From Desulfobacteraceae bacterium (GTDB taxonomy: Bacteria > Desulfobacterota > Desulfobacteria > Desulfobacterales > ETH-SRB1), in assembly GCA_028571455.1 (NCBI GenBank), contig JAPVVG010000208.1, positions 1-55,228 of the forward strand: 55,228 nucleotides of DNA, given 5' to 3'. Numbering within the stretch: position 1 is the stretch's first letter; the number at the start of each line of letters is the position of its first letter. Below, piece by piece: positions 37,737-47,009 of the stretch. The notes under the pieces are model-generated. The model was not told the origin of the DNA and made no database searches. It saw nothing but the letters and a program-made list of their open reading frames with translations. The position numbers were made by a program, and so were the translations under genes.

Positions 37737-38560
37737 AGATTAGGCAAAATTTGGATAAAGAACCGAGAGCCACTATCAATCCATATCTCCGCGCTGTGGG
37801 ATTGATACTATTTCGGATCTTGTGGGACATACATCCGTATTCGTGGGTATCACGGAAGAGGATCAAGACATGGAAAGGCAGATTTTGGGGGCAAAAGGCT
37901 GTTATTTTGTGTAATGGCCCGAGCCTTAACCGGGTAAACTTTGATGATCTTGCAGCAAGCGGGATATTTACATTTGGATTAAACAAGATAAACCTGTTGT
38001 TTAAAAGAAGTGATTTTCGGCCTTCGGTTATTGTTGCGGTCAATCCACATGTAATAGAGCAGAATGCTGAATTTTATAACAAGACTGAACTGCCTCTTTT
38101 CCTTGATTCTAAGGGCAAAAGATGGGTGAGATTTCGCGACAATGTGCATTTTGTACACACAGCAAGTGGCAGCGGAAATTTTGCAAAAGATTGTTCTATC
38201 TCGATAAACCAGGGTTATACTGTGACCTACGTTGCCATGCAACTTGTATTTCACATGGGATTTAAAGAAGTTGCGCTGGTAGGCTGCGATCATTCCTTTG
38301 CAACGAAAGGTCCGGCAAACAAGACTGTTATAGCGGGAGAAGAAGACCCAAACCATTTTGACCCCAATTATTTTGCAGGCGGGGTTAAGTGGCAATTGCC
38401 GGACCTTACCATGACGGAGTTACATTATAAGGTGGCCAGAGACACTTTTGAGAGAAATGGCAGAAAAATTGTAAATTGTACAGAAGGTGGAAAATTAGAA
38501 GTTTTCACTCGTCAGCCACTTAGCGAATTTCTTCAAACAAATATAGGTGAATATAGATGA
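37733..38560 (+). CDS. DUF115/Maf-like putative ulosonic-acid transferase
   Basis: ILCNGPSL, FGLNK, HMGFKEVALVGCDH, NHFDPNYF, NCTEGG. Confidence 0.75.
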   Translation: MKIRQNLDKEPRATINPYLRAVGLILFRILWDIHPYSWVSRKRIKTWKGRFWGQKAVILCNGPSLNRVNFDDLAASGIFTFGLNKINLLFKRSDFRPSVIVAVNPHVIEQNAEFYNKTELPLFLDSKGKRWVRFRDNVHFVHTASGSGNFAKDCSISINQGYTVTYVAMQLVFHMGFKEVALVGCDHSFATKGPANKTVIAGEEDPNHFDPNYFAGGVKWQLPDLTMTELHYKVARDTFERNGRKIVNCTEGGKLEVFTRQPLSEFLQTNIGEYR

Positions 38561-39297
38561 CTCTTAAAGACAAATTAAAGAATCGTGAACTTACCATTGG
38601 TTCCTGGATTACAATAGGGCATACTGCAGTGGCTGAGATTATGGCCAGAGCTGGTTATGACTGGCTTACTGTAGACATGGAACATAGCGCAATAACCCTG
38701 AATATTGCTCAGGATTTGATACGTGTTATTGAACTTTGTGGCGTTGTCCCGTTAGTTCGCGTTGGTGAAAACGACCCTAACCTGATTAAGAGGGTGATGG
38801 ATGCCGGTGCACATGGCGTTATTGTTCCGATGGTAAATTCTAAAGAAGATGCTGAAAAAGCGGTAGCTTCCGTGCAATATCCCCCAATAGGCTTTCGTGG
38901 AGTTGGACTTGCCAGGGCGCAGGGATATGGGACTGATTTTGAGGGTTATAAGAAATGGAATGAACGAGAAAGTATAGTTATAGTGCAGATTGAGCATATC
39001 AAAGCTGTGGAGAATCTGGAGGCAATTTTGAGTGTGCCGGGTGTAGATGGATTTATCATCGGGCCTTATGACCTTTCGGGCTCTTTGGGAGTTCCTGGGC
39101 AGTTCGATCATCCTGAAATGCTAAAGGCGTTGAACAGAGTAAAAGATGTTTCAGAAAAGATGAATGCCCTGTCTGGTTTTCATGTGATTTCACCTGAAGT
39201 AGAAGCCTTTCAGGAAAAGGTACGAGATGGTTATAAATTTGTTGCGCATAGTCTGGATTCACTTATGCTTAGTGCCCAAAGTAGAATTGTTTTTTGA
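38557..39297 (+). CDS. HpcH/HpaI class II pyruvate aldolase
   Basis: VDMEHS, YPPIGFRGVG, QIEH, IGPYDLS. Confidence 0.92.
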   Translation: MTLKDKLKNRELTIGSWITIGHTAVAEIMARAGYDWLTVDMEHSAITLNIAQDLIRVIELCGVVPLVRVGENDPNLIKRVMDAGAHGVIVPMVNSKEDAEKAVASVQYPPIGFRGVGLARAQGYGTDFEGYKKWNERESIVIVQIEHIKAVENLEAILSVPGVDGFIIGPYDLSGSLGVPGQFDHPEMLKALNRVKDVSEKMNALSGFHVISPEVEAFQEKVRDGYKFVAHSLDSLMLSAQSRIVF

Positions 39298-39326
39298 TCG
39301 AATAAAATATAACGCTGTGGGGAAAT

Positions 39327-40148
39327 ATGTATGTATTGAAAAAGTATGAATGGGGAAGTGTTTTTGAAATGATGAAATATCATGAGAAAGGACTTCCTTT
39401 TGTAGAATGGGGAATTAAAGGGCATAACAGACCGTGGGTTATCGCTAATGGTAATTTTAAAAAAGGCGAAAAGGTTATTGAAGTTGGAGGGGCATATAGT
39501 GCTTTGCCGCAATATCTGTCAGACAAATTTAATATTGAAGCCTGGGTTATGGATGATTTTGGAATTGAATCAAAAGAGGATTTATGGTCCCGGTGGGGGA
39601 ACAGGGAAGAACTTAAATCGAAGTATCCTTCTGTAAAGTATGTGTTTGAACGCGCGGGGGAAGGGGGGAATAATGTTCCGTTAGATTATTTTGATTGTGT
39701 TTATACTGTTTCTACTCTCGAACATATCCCTTGGAATGACATGAAAAAAGTATTCGATCACATGTGTAAAATATTGAAGCCAGGTGGGCGGATGCTGCAT
39801 TGTGTTGACCTGTCAATTCCGTTTGGAATACACAAAACTTCTGATGCAAAAGGAATTTTACTTGGGACGGTTGGATATTCGTTGTATCACAAAATTAAAG
39901 AAAGTATTCAATCGGTTTAAAAGCCGTATCTAAGAACAATAAATGGCTGGTGGCGTTTTCTAACAAAATATTTTGGATATGATCTAAGGATAACTTGTAA
40001 AAAACCTCCAGGATATATTAAGTCAACTTTAGATGCTGATATTGTTAAAGAAACGGCCGATGTTGTTTATAATTATTATCCACCCAATGGTAGGGCAAAA
40101 GCCTATAAACCATCTGGTACTTTTGTTTTTATCTTAGAAAAACAGTAA
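39327..40148 (+). pseudogene. Class I SAM methyltransferase with an in-frame TAA at 39918-39920
   Basis: IEVGGA, STLEHI, LKPGG. The same frame continues 75 codons after the stop to ...GTFVFILEKQ*. Confidence 0.75.
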
Positions 40149-40218
40149 GGTGGACAGTTAAAAAATACAAAAATTTTTCAAAGGACACTCAAAATTTTTA
40201 TAATAGTAGTATTTTAAC

Positions 40219-41160
40219 TTGGAGTATTCAACTATGCTTCAATACGAATTTATCGATCCCGATCTTCAGATCAACTCGGCAGATTTTCAATTTGTGGAAT
40301 CTTTTCTCAAAATGACGGATCGTACGCAACTCGGTTGGCATTATATTACAGATATCACATGGATTTATTTCCAAATAAAAGACTGGCCGCGTGATTATAA
40401 AGTTCTCGATGTAGGGGGAGGAGGAGGTCCTGTTCAGTTTTTAATGGCAGAATTGGGATTTAATGTGACAAACATTGATTTAAATCTTAATAATCCAGGA
40501 GTTGCTTATCAAAAACGCTATCAATGCACATATGAAGTGTTGCCGAGTTTTAGAAACACAAGTTATAAAACATTTCTTGATGAATCTAATAAAACAAAAG
40601 CACAATATTTAAGAACGGTTATAAAAAATATGATTAAGCAGTCAATACCATACAAATGGTGGTCAGCTAAACGATATATAGAGAAACACGAACAATGGCG
40701 AAAAGCTAAGAAAGTGGCAACCACCAGAACTGGACATATTAAATGGCTTAAGGGAAATCTGTGCAACATACCTGATGTGTCAGAAAATACTTTCGATGCT
40801 GTGGTTTCCCTTTCCGCAATAGAACATATTCCTTTAGAGAATTTAAAAACAGCATTTGATGAAATTAAAAGAGTAGTCAAGCCGAATGCGCGTTGGGCTG
40901 TTACTACGTCAGGGACGGAAAAATCAGAAACTTGGTTTCATGAACCATCGCAGGGCAACTGTTTTTCTTCTCTTGACATCGGAGACATATTTGAAGCAAT
41001 TTCGAAGGGAGAGCAAAACCCTATAGAGATATTGCAAAAGTATCAAAACAACAGTTACTTAAAGGAAAATCTCGCCAAGTTTTATTTTAAATCTGGTAAA
41101 TACGGAATGCCGTGGGGCAAATGGAACCCGAAATACATACCAGTAGGAATTTTTAAATGA
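40219..41160 (+). CDS. Class I SAM-dependent methyltransferase
   Basis: VLDVGGGGG, FDAVVSLSAIEH, RVVKP. Confidence 0.85.
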   Translation: MEYSTMLQYEFIDPDLQINSADFQFVESFLKMTDRTQLGWHYITDITWIYFQIKDWPRDYKVLDVGGGGGPVQFLMAELGFNVTNIDLNLNNPGVAYQKRYQCTYEVLPSFRNTSYKTFLDESNKTKAQYLRTVIKNMIKQSIPYKWWSAKRYIEKHEQWRKAKKVATTRTGHIKWLKGNLCNIPDVSENTFDAVVSLSAIEHIPLENLKTAFDEIKRVVKPNARWAVTTSGTEKSETWFHEPSQGNCFSSLDIGDIFEAISKGEQNPIEILQKYQNNSYLKENLAKFYFKSGKYGMPWGKWNPKYIPVGIFK

Positions 41161-42089
41161 CAGAAATACTTATAACAACTTCATCTTTTGGTAAACAAGA
41201 TTCAAGTTTACTTCAAATTCTATCAGAAAACGGGCTTAGCTATAAATTAAATCCCTTTGCCCGCAAGCTTACAGAATCTGAAGTTAGCGAGCTTATTGAG
41301 CAACATCAGCCGGTTGGAATGATTGCCGGCGTCGAACCCCTTACTCGCAAGGTATTGGAGAAAGCCCAAAGACTCAAAGCTATTTCACGGGCGGGCGTTG
41401 GAATGGATTCTATTGACCTGCAAGCGGCCCGTGATCTGGGCATTGCCGTTACCAACACCCCAGATGCCCCGACTATACCTGTAGCGGAATTGACCCTGGG
41501 AATGGTCCTTTCTCTGCTTCGTCGGATTCATATCTCAGATGCGAGCATACGCCATGGTGAATGGGTAAGGCCCATGGGGAATTTGCTGCACGGCAAAACC
41601 GTGGGACTTATCGGCTGTGGACGGATAGGGTCTTATCTGGCCCGGCTGCTTTCTTCCTTTGGTTGCAAAATTCTTGGTTATGATCCTTTTATAGACAAAA
41701 ATGATAAGTTCTCCCTGGTTGGTTTGGAAAAAATATTATCTGATTCCGACATTATCACTTTGCATATACCATATAATCAGGAAAATCATCATTTCATCAA
41801 TGCCGAAAGAATCCAGAACATGAAAAAGGGCAGCTTGCTCATCAATGCAGCTCGGGGCGGGCTGATTGATGAAGATGCCCTGTACAATGCGCTGTCCTCA
41901 GGGCATCTGGGCGGAGCTGCAATGGATTGCTTTGAAGAGGAACCATATGCGGGAAAGCTGAAGGATTTGGATAGCGTTCTGCTGACTGCCCATATCGGTT
42001 CCTATGCGCAGGAAGGACGGGTCATGATGGAAAGGCAGGCCGTTGAAAATCTATTTCAAGAGCTTAAAAAGGCAGGTTGCATAAAATGA
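41157..42089 (+). CDS. D-isomer 2-hydroxyacid (phosphoglycerate-like) dehydrogenase
   Basis: GLIGCGRIG, INAARGG, DCFEEEP, TAHIGS. Confidence 0.9.
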   Translation: MTEILITTSSFGKQDSSLLQILSENGLSYKLNPFARKLTESEVSELIEQHQPVGMIAGVEPLTRKVLEKAQRLKAISRAGVGMDSIDLQAARDLGIAVTNTPDAPTIPVAELTLGMVLSLLRRIHISDASIRHGEWVRPMGNLLHGKTVGLIGCGRIGSYLARLLSSFGCKILGYDPFIDKNDKFSLVGLEKILSDSDIITLHIPYNQENHHFINAERIQNMKKGSLLINAARGGLIDEDALYNALSSGHLGGAAMDCFEEEPYAGKLKDLDSVLLTAHIGSYAQEGRVMMERQAVENLFQELKKAGCIK

Positions 42090-43006
42090 AAATATTGGTA
42101 ACAGGAGGTTCAGGTTTTATTGGCAGTCATGTTGCTGATGCTCTAAGTGATGCCGCCCATGAGGTAACCATATTTGATATCCGCAAATCCCCATACTTGC
42201 GGCCGGATCAAAAAATGATAGTTGGGGACATTCTGGATCAGGAGTGTTTGGACAAAATTGTGGAAAATCAGGATGTCATTTACCATTTTGCGGGTATAGC
42301 TGATATCGACGAGTGCGCCGCCAATCCGGTGGATACTGCTAAACATAATATTCTTGGCACAGTCCAGCTTTTGGAAGCATGCCGCAAGGTTGGCATACAA
42401 AGGTTTGTTTTTGCAAGCTCAGCGTATGTTTATAGTGATTCCGGTTCTTTTTATGCTGCAAGCAAGCAGGCCTGCGAATCGTTTATTGAAAATTTTAGCG
42501 AACTTTATGGCCTTAAATATACCTGCCTTAGATACGGGTCTCTTTACGGTGCACGCAGCGACGAGCGTAATAGTATCTACAAATTGATCAAGCAGGCCGT
42601 TCAGGATGGCAAGATTGTTTATCGCGGAACCGGAGAAGAAATGCGGGAATTTATCCATGTTCAGGATGCGGCACAAATTAGCGCGGCAATCTTGCAACCA
42701 GAATTCGAAAACCAGAATATTATTATTACAGGCTCTGAAAAAATGCGATATATTGAACTTTTGGAAATGATCAAGGAGATGCTTGGCAATAAAATAGAGA
42801 TTGATATTTTGCCTTCTGAAAGGAAAGCGCATTACAAGATTACCCCTTATAATTTCAGCCCCAGGCTTGGCCGAAAAATGGTCAATAACCCAAATATCGA
42901 CATGGGGCAAGGGCTGCTTCAGTGCATGGCAGAAGTTTACGAAAAGGTACACAGCGAAAAGCACGAGGAGATGGGTTTATTTGTAAATGACACAAAACCT
43001 GAATAA
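42086..43006 (+). CDS. NAD-dependent epimerase/dehydratase
   Basis: ILVTGGSGFIG, YAASK, LRYGSLYG; ATGA overlap with the upstream stop. Confidence 0.9.
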   Translation: MKILVTGGSGFIGSHVADALSDAAHEVTIFDIRKSPYLRPDQKMIVGDILDQECLDKIVENQDVIYHFAGIADIDECAANPVDTAKHNILGTVQLLEACRKVGIQRFVFASSAYVYSDSGSFYAASKQACESFIENFSELYGLKYTCLRYGSLYGARSDERNSIYKLIKQAVQDGKIVYRGTGEEMREFIHVQDAAQISAAILQPEFENQNIIITGSEKMRYIELLEMIKEMLGNKIEIDILPSERKAHYKITPYNFSPRLGRKMVNNPNIDMGQGLLQCMAEVYEKVHSEKHEEMGLFVNDTKPE

Positions 43007-43670
43007 ATGGGTTTATCTTTCTTATCCATTAAATTGTGAAACACCGGCTTATGGCGGTGGAGACTCTCTGAGGACTCAGCATGAGAAAACCATGGAAAAA
43101 GGGGATTCATGCAATACCCTGTACTTGAGTTTATCCAATCATCTGGGCACACATATCGATTTCCCAAGACACTTTGTGCAAGCCGGAAAGACATCGGGTG
43201 ACTATAGCCCGGAATTCTGGATTTTTTATTCCCCTTTTATCCTTGACATTTCCACTGTTGAACCTGGGGTTATTTTACAGCCGGAAGACGTAGACATGGA
43301 CGCTGTGCCTGATAATATAGATATGTTTATTATTAAGACAGGCTTTTGTTATTTGAGAAAAAAAGATATCTACTGGGAAAATAACCCTGGCTTTGCCCCA
43401 GGTATGGCTATTTTTCTGCGTGAGCGCTTTCCACATCTCAGAGTGTTTGGCTTTGATTCGATTTCCCTTTCTTCCTTTGCCCATAGAAAGATAGGACAGA
43501 AGGCACACAAGGCGTTTCTTGATCATCCCCGCCCCATTCTTTTGCTTGAGGATATGGACTTATCCATGCTTGACAATAGCATGAAATTAAAACAGGTCAT
43601 CGTATCTCCTCTGCGGGTAGAGGGCGCTGACGGCGCTCCATGCACCGTCTTTGCCAATATTATTGAGTAA
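42987..43670 (+). CDS. Cyclase (kynurenine formamidase-like) family metal hydrolase
   Basis: HLGTHIDFPRHF, GADGAPC. Confidence 0.88.
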   Translation: MTQNLNKWVYLSYPLNCETPAYGGGDSLRTQHEKTMEKGDSCNTLYLSLSNHLGTHIDFPRHFVQAGKTSGDYSPEFWIFYSPFILDISTVEPGVILQPEDVDMDAVPDNIDMFIIKTGFCYLRKKDIYWENNPGFAPGMAIFLRERFPHLRVFGFDSISLSSFAHRKIGQKAHKAFLDHPRPILLLEDMDLSMLDNSMKLKQVIVSPLRVEGADGAPCTVFANIIE

Positions 43671-43696
43671 GGTAATGATTTTATAAAGAGGCTGTT

Positions 43697-44341
43697 ATGA
43701 ACTGGGAAGCTGTTTTTTTTGATTTTGATGGGGTTATACTTGATTCAGTTAATGTGAAAACAAAAGCCTTTGCAAAGATGTTTCGGGGATATGGGCCGGA
43801 AGTAGAAAAAAGGGTTGTTGAATATCATCTTAATAATGGTGGGGTATCACGGTTTGACAAGTTTAGATATTACTATGAGGAAATTTTGAATAAGCCTGTA
43901 AATGAAGAAATAATCAAAGGCCTTTCAGAACAATTTTCAAATCTTGTTATAGATGGAGTTTTGGCCTCGCCATTTATGCCCGGAGCGAAAGAGAGTTTAG
44001 AGAGCCTTAAAGAAAAAGGAATTCCCTGTTATATTGTCTCGGCCACACCTCATGAAGAGATAAACCTGATATTGGAGAAAAAAGAGTTGAAGGGATATTT
44101 TCTTGAAGTTCATGGCTCTCCAAGAAAAAAATGGGAAATATGCCGGGAAATTATAAATAGAAAAAAATACAACCCTCAAAACTGCTTATTTGTTGGCGAT
44201 GCCATGTCTGATTATGAGGCTGCACAAAAAAACGGTATTTGTTTTTTGGGGATTGCAGGGAACGGTGAAATTTCACCATTTTCTGATGGTACACCTGTTT
44301 CGTCAGTTGTTGCCCTGGAATATTCTGGCTTATCCCAATGA
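43697..44341 (+). CDS. HAD-family phosphatase
   Basis: FDFDGVILDS, VSAT, FVGDAMSD. Confidence 0.9.
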   Translation: MNWEAVFFDFDGVILDSVNVKTKAFAKMFRGYGPEVEKRVVEYHLNNGGVSRFDKFRYYYEEILNKPVNEEIIKGLSEQFSNLVIDGVLASPFMPGAKESLESLKEKGIPCYIVSATPHEEINLILEKKELKGYFLEVHGSPRKKWEICREIINRKKYNPQNCLFVGDAMSDYEAAQKNGICFLGIAGNGEISPFSDGTPVSSVVALEYSGLSQ

Positions 44342-44633
44342 CAGAACCGACCATCATCAGCATGGTAATAGGCATCATTGCTGGAGTTGTCGCGATTTTT
44401 GAAAATCTTTCGATATTGGCGGTATGCCGGATATGCTTGATCACAAAACAAATGGCTACCTTGCAAAACCCTTTGACACCAGCGATCTTGCCACCGGCAT
44501 TGACTGGATTTTATCCGATGAAAATCGCCATAAAGAACTTTGCATAAAGGCAAGAGGAAAGGCGGTGGCCTGTTTTGATATTGAGAAAGTAGCAAAACAG
44601 TATGAAAGTCTCTATCAGGAGATAACAGCATGA
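44338..44633 (+). pseudogene. Deletion scar: start of a membrane-protein gene joined out of frame to the 3' end of a GT4 glycosyltransferase
   Basis: MTEPTIISMVIGIIAGVVAIFENL, then from about 44409 in another frame FDIGGMPDMLDHKTNGYLAKPFD...VAKQYESLY. Confidence 0.7.
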
Positions 44634-45027
44634 AGATTGAACATCTCGGAGCAAAAAATTGCGTCACAGGCTCATGCCATCTGGTGCAGACCAGTCCGGG
44701 TTCAGCCGGCGGTGTGAATATCCTTGTGGACTGCGGCAAAGACTATGGCAATGACCCTGAGCTTGCCTTTGACCGGTTTCCTGTTTCACCACGGGATATT
44801 GGATATCTGTTTCTTACCCATGCGCATATTGATCATATCGGCAGGGTACCGGATCTGATTGATGCTGGATTCCAGGGCGAGATAATCTGCACTCACGCCA
44901 CAAAAGCGCTTTTGATTCCCATGCTGCACGATGCCCTCTCTTTTACGGATAAAAGCGACAAACAGGTTCAGCGTCTTGAAAAAGCCATTGATGAACTTTC
45001 CTGGGGCTTTGAGTATAGAAAAATAGG

Positions 45028-45111
45028 TTTAGGGTTTAGGGTTTAGGGTTTAGGGTGTAGGGTGTAGGGTTTAGGGTTTAGGGTTTAGGGTGTAGGGTTT
45101 AGGGCATAGGG
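45028..45111 (+). repeat. 12-unit telomere-like heptamer array (8 TTTAGGG, 3 TGTAGGG, 1 CATAGGG)
   Basis: Counted directly; complementary AAACCCT-type units follow at about 45138-45161. Confidence 0.97.
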
Positions 45112-45188
45112 ATATTAGTGACTTTTTCTGTTCTCTTAAACCTTAGACCTTAAACCCTGAATTAGTTTAGGGACGAGGAGGAAATGAA

Positions 45189-45542
45189 ATGGGGAAATTT
45201 CAGGAATTGAGAGTATGGCAGAAGAGTAAAGATTTGGCAGTATACATTTATCAGGTCACTGGAAAGGGTCAATTTGCAAAGGATTACAGTTTGAAAGATC
45301 AGATTCGCCGAGCTGCTGTTTCTATTCCGAGCAATATAGCAGAGGGGGATGAATTAGACACGAATAAACAAGCCGTTAAGTTCTTTTATATCTCCAAAGG
45401 ATCTTGTGCAGAGGTCTTAACTCAGGCAATTATCGCTTTGGAGATAGGCTACCTCGAGAAAAAGGATTTCCTGCATATTGAGCAGGAATGCCAAGCTATA
45501 TCGGGGATGCTGACGCGGTTGATTCAGGTGCGAAGTAAATAA
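45189..45542 (+). CDS. Four-helix-bundle protein (23S rRNA IVP / Avd-like family)
   Basis: FQELRVWQKS, DQIRRAAVSIPSNIAEG, SKGSCAE; GAGGAGG RBS. Confidence 0.93.
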   Translation: MGKFQELRVWQKSKDLAVYIYQVTGKGQFAKDYSLKDQIRRAAVSIPSNIAEGDELDTNKQAVKFFYISKGSCAEVLTQAIIALEIGYLEKKDFLHIEQECQAISGMLTRLIQVRSK

Positions 45543-45547
45543 AGAGA

Positions 45548-45636
45548 AGGGTATAGGGTGTGTGGGCTATAGGAGGAACACTGACTTCTTCTGTTTCCTG
45601 AGCCTTAAGCCTTAAACCCTGAACCCTGAACCTTGA
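45548..45636. repeat. Second G-rich/linker/C-rich heptamer module, a direct repeat of 45028-45161
   Basis: AGGGTATAGGGTGT..., linker TGACTTCTTCTGTT (TGACTTTTTCTGTT upstream), then GAGCCTT-AAGCCTT-AAACCCT-GAACCCT-GAACCTT. Confidence 0.85.
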
Positions 45637-45943
45637 GAAGGCGGCATGTGTACCGGCGGTCGTATCCTTGATCACCTGGAGTGCGGCCTTGATGATCCCA
45701 AAAATGACATATTTTTTGTGAGATATCAGGCAAAAGGAACCTTGGGACGGCGCATTGTTGATAAAAAAGTTCCAGTTAAAGCAGGCATCCATACCCTTAC
45801 AGGATATTCAGCCCATGCGGATCAAAGCATGCTGGTCAATTGGGTAAAATCCATGCCTGAACCTCCGGGAGAGATAAGGCTGGTGCATGGGGAAGCAAAG
45901 GCAATGCAGGCGTTGAGCGGGCTTTTAAATAACGTCCGAAAAC

Positions 45944-46408
45944 ATGGATATTGATAAAGCGGGAGAAAAGATGAATCTGCCTGAGATCGGTGATATAATA
46001 ACCACAAAAGAGGCCTTGGAATTATGCCGATATTTCGGGCTGGATTATTTGATTGAACGGATTGAATCCGATCCGGAAAGGTATAAGGACTGGAAGTTTG
46101 ACGGCTGCTCAGGCCTGCCGGATCAAGTAATGGGTTTTTTTACGGGCTGTGATTGGAAGGACATTACTTTCAAATGTTGTTTGCCGCACGATCTTTGTTA
46201 TGGTTATGGAGACCCGGGGAACGATATCGAGAGAAAGCGGGTGGACCTGAAGTTTTACAGCGATCTGGTGACTAAGGCAGGTATGAAAAAATGGTGCGCC
46301 TCGGCCTTTCTTGCAGGGGTGCGGATAGGTGGAGCGGAAGCATTCGGGCTGTCATTTTCATGGGGCTTTGCTATTTTGCCACAGATTTGCACAGATAGGC
46401 ACAGATAA
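45944..46408 (+). CDS. Hypothetical protein with a prokaryotic phospholipase A2-like motif (start may be 45971)
   Basis: DGCS...CCLPHDLCYGYG...RKRVDLKF; the last codons are supplied by CACAGAT repeats. Confidence 0.55.
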   Translation: MDIDKAGEKMNLPEIGDIITTKEALELCRYFGLDYLIERIESDPERYKDWKFDGCSGLPDQVMGFFTGCDWKDITFKCCLPHDLCYGYGDPGNDIERKRVDLKFYSDLVTKAGMKKWCASAFLAGVRIGGAEAFGLSFSWGFAILPQICTDRHR

Positions 46409-46419
46409 GTTTAAATACA

Positions 46420-46885
46420 GTAACTACTTAGGCACAGAGGGGCAAAGGCACAGTGGCACAAAGAAAAATAAAAACGTATAGAGATTTGCAGGTCTGGCAA
46501 AAATCAATGACTTTAGTTGCTGAAATATATAAGATTTCTAAAGGATTCCCCAAGGATGAAGTGTACGGATTAACCTCTCAAATGAGACGGTGTGCGATTT
46601 CAATTCCCAGCAATATGGCGGAAGGTTATGGCCGAAATTCGACTAATGATTATCTTCGTTTCCTGCGAATTGCAACAGGTTCTCTATATGAATTGCAAAC
46701 CCAGATAGAAATTTCTATGAACCTGTATTATTTGAACAGAGACGAATTCGATAAGCTATCTGAATTAAGCCGAGAGATAGAACGAATGCTTAGCAGCTTA
46801 ATCAGGAAGTTAAGCGGCAAATAGGCAAGACAACTATGTGCCTCTGTGCCTTTGCCCCTCTGCCCCTCTGTGCCTGAGTAGTTAC
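46420..46885. mobile_element. Inverted-repeat-bounded cassette carrying a four-helix-bundle gene
   Basis: Left GTAACTACTTAGGCACAGAGGGGCAAAGGCACAG; right CTGTGCCTTTGCCCCTC[TGCCCCTC]TGTGCCTGAGTAGTTAC, the reverse complement with one extra 8-bp unit and one mismatch. Confidence 0.75.
46453..46824 (+). CDS. Four-helix-bundle protein (23S rRNA IVP / Avd-like family)
   Basis: YRDLQVWQKS, FPKDEVYGLTSQMRRCAISIPSNMAEG, GSLYELQTQ. Confidence 0.93.
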   Translation: MAQRKIKTYRDLQVWQKSMTLVAEIYKISKGFPKDEVYGLTSQMRRCAISIPSNMAEGYGRNSTNDYLRFLRIATGSLYELQTQIEISMNLYYLNRDEFDKLSELSREIERMLSSLIRKLSGK

Positions 46886-46949
46886 AAGATCCGTATATGA
46901 TAATAAAAAAAAAGAATAAATTTAGCTGCTGATTTATGAGAATTTTTGC

Positions 46950-46979
46950 TTGACATAATACAAAAGTAGGCTCTATTAT
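46950..46979 (+). promoter_or_regulatory. Possible sigma-70 promoter
   Basis: TTGACA-N18-TATTAT about 30 bp before the ATPase start. Confidence 0.45.
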
Positions 46980-47009
46980 GGAAACGAGGACTCCAAAAAG
47001 GAAGTATAT

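Larger units (their letters stand above)
44630..45954 (+). pseudogene. MBL/beta-CASP ribonuclease split into 44630-45046 and about 45640-45954, middle missing
   Basis: 5' part VTGSCH, VDCG, THAHIDH; 3' part GMCTGGRI, YSAHADQ, LVHGE. The AGHxLG and ESTYG motifs expected between them are absent. Confidence 0.85.

Noticed and set aside
45028-45111. Plant telomere contamination or a real chromosome end
   Set aside because: The array is internal, has variant units, and has complementary arms and a second module around a bacterial gene; read support should still be checked.
45189-46824. Diversity-generating retroelement suggested by Avd-like genes
   Set aside because: No reverse transcriptase and no TR/VR pair with adenine-specific mismatches seen in the window.
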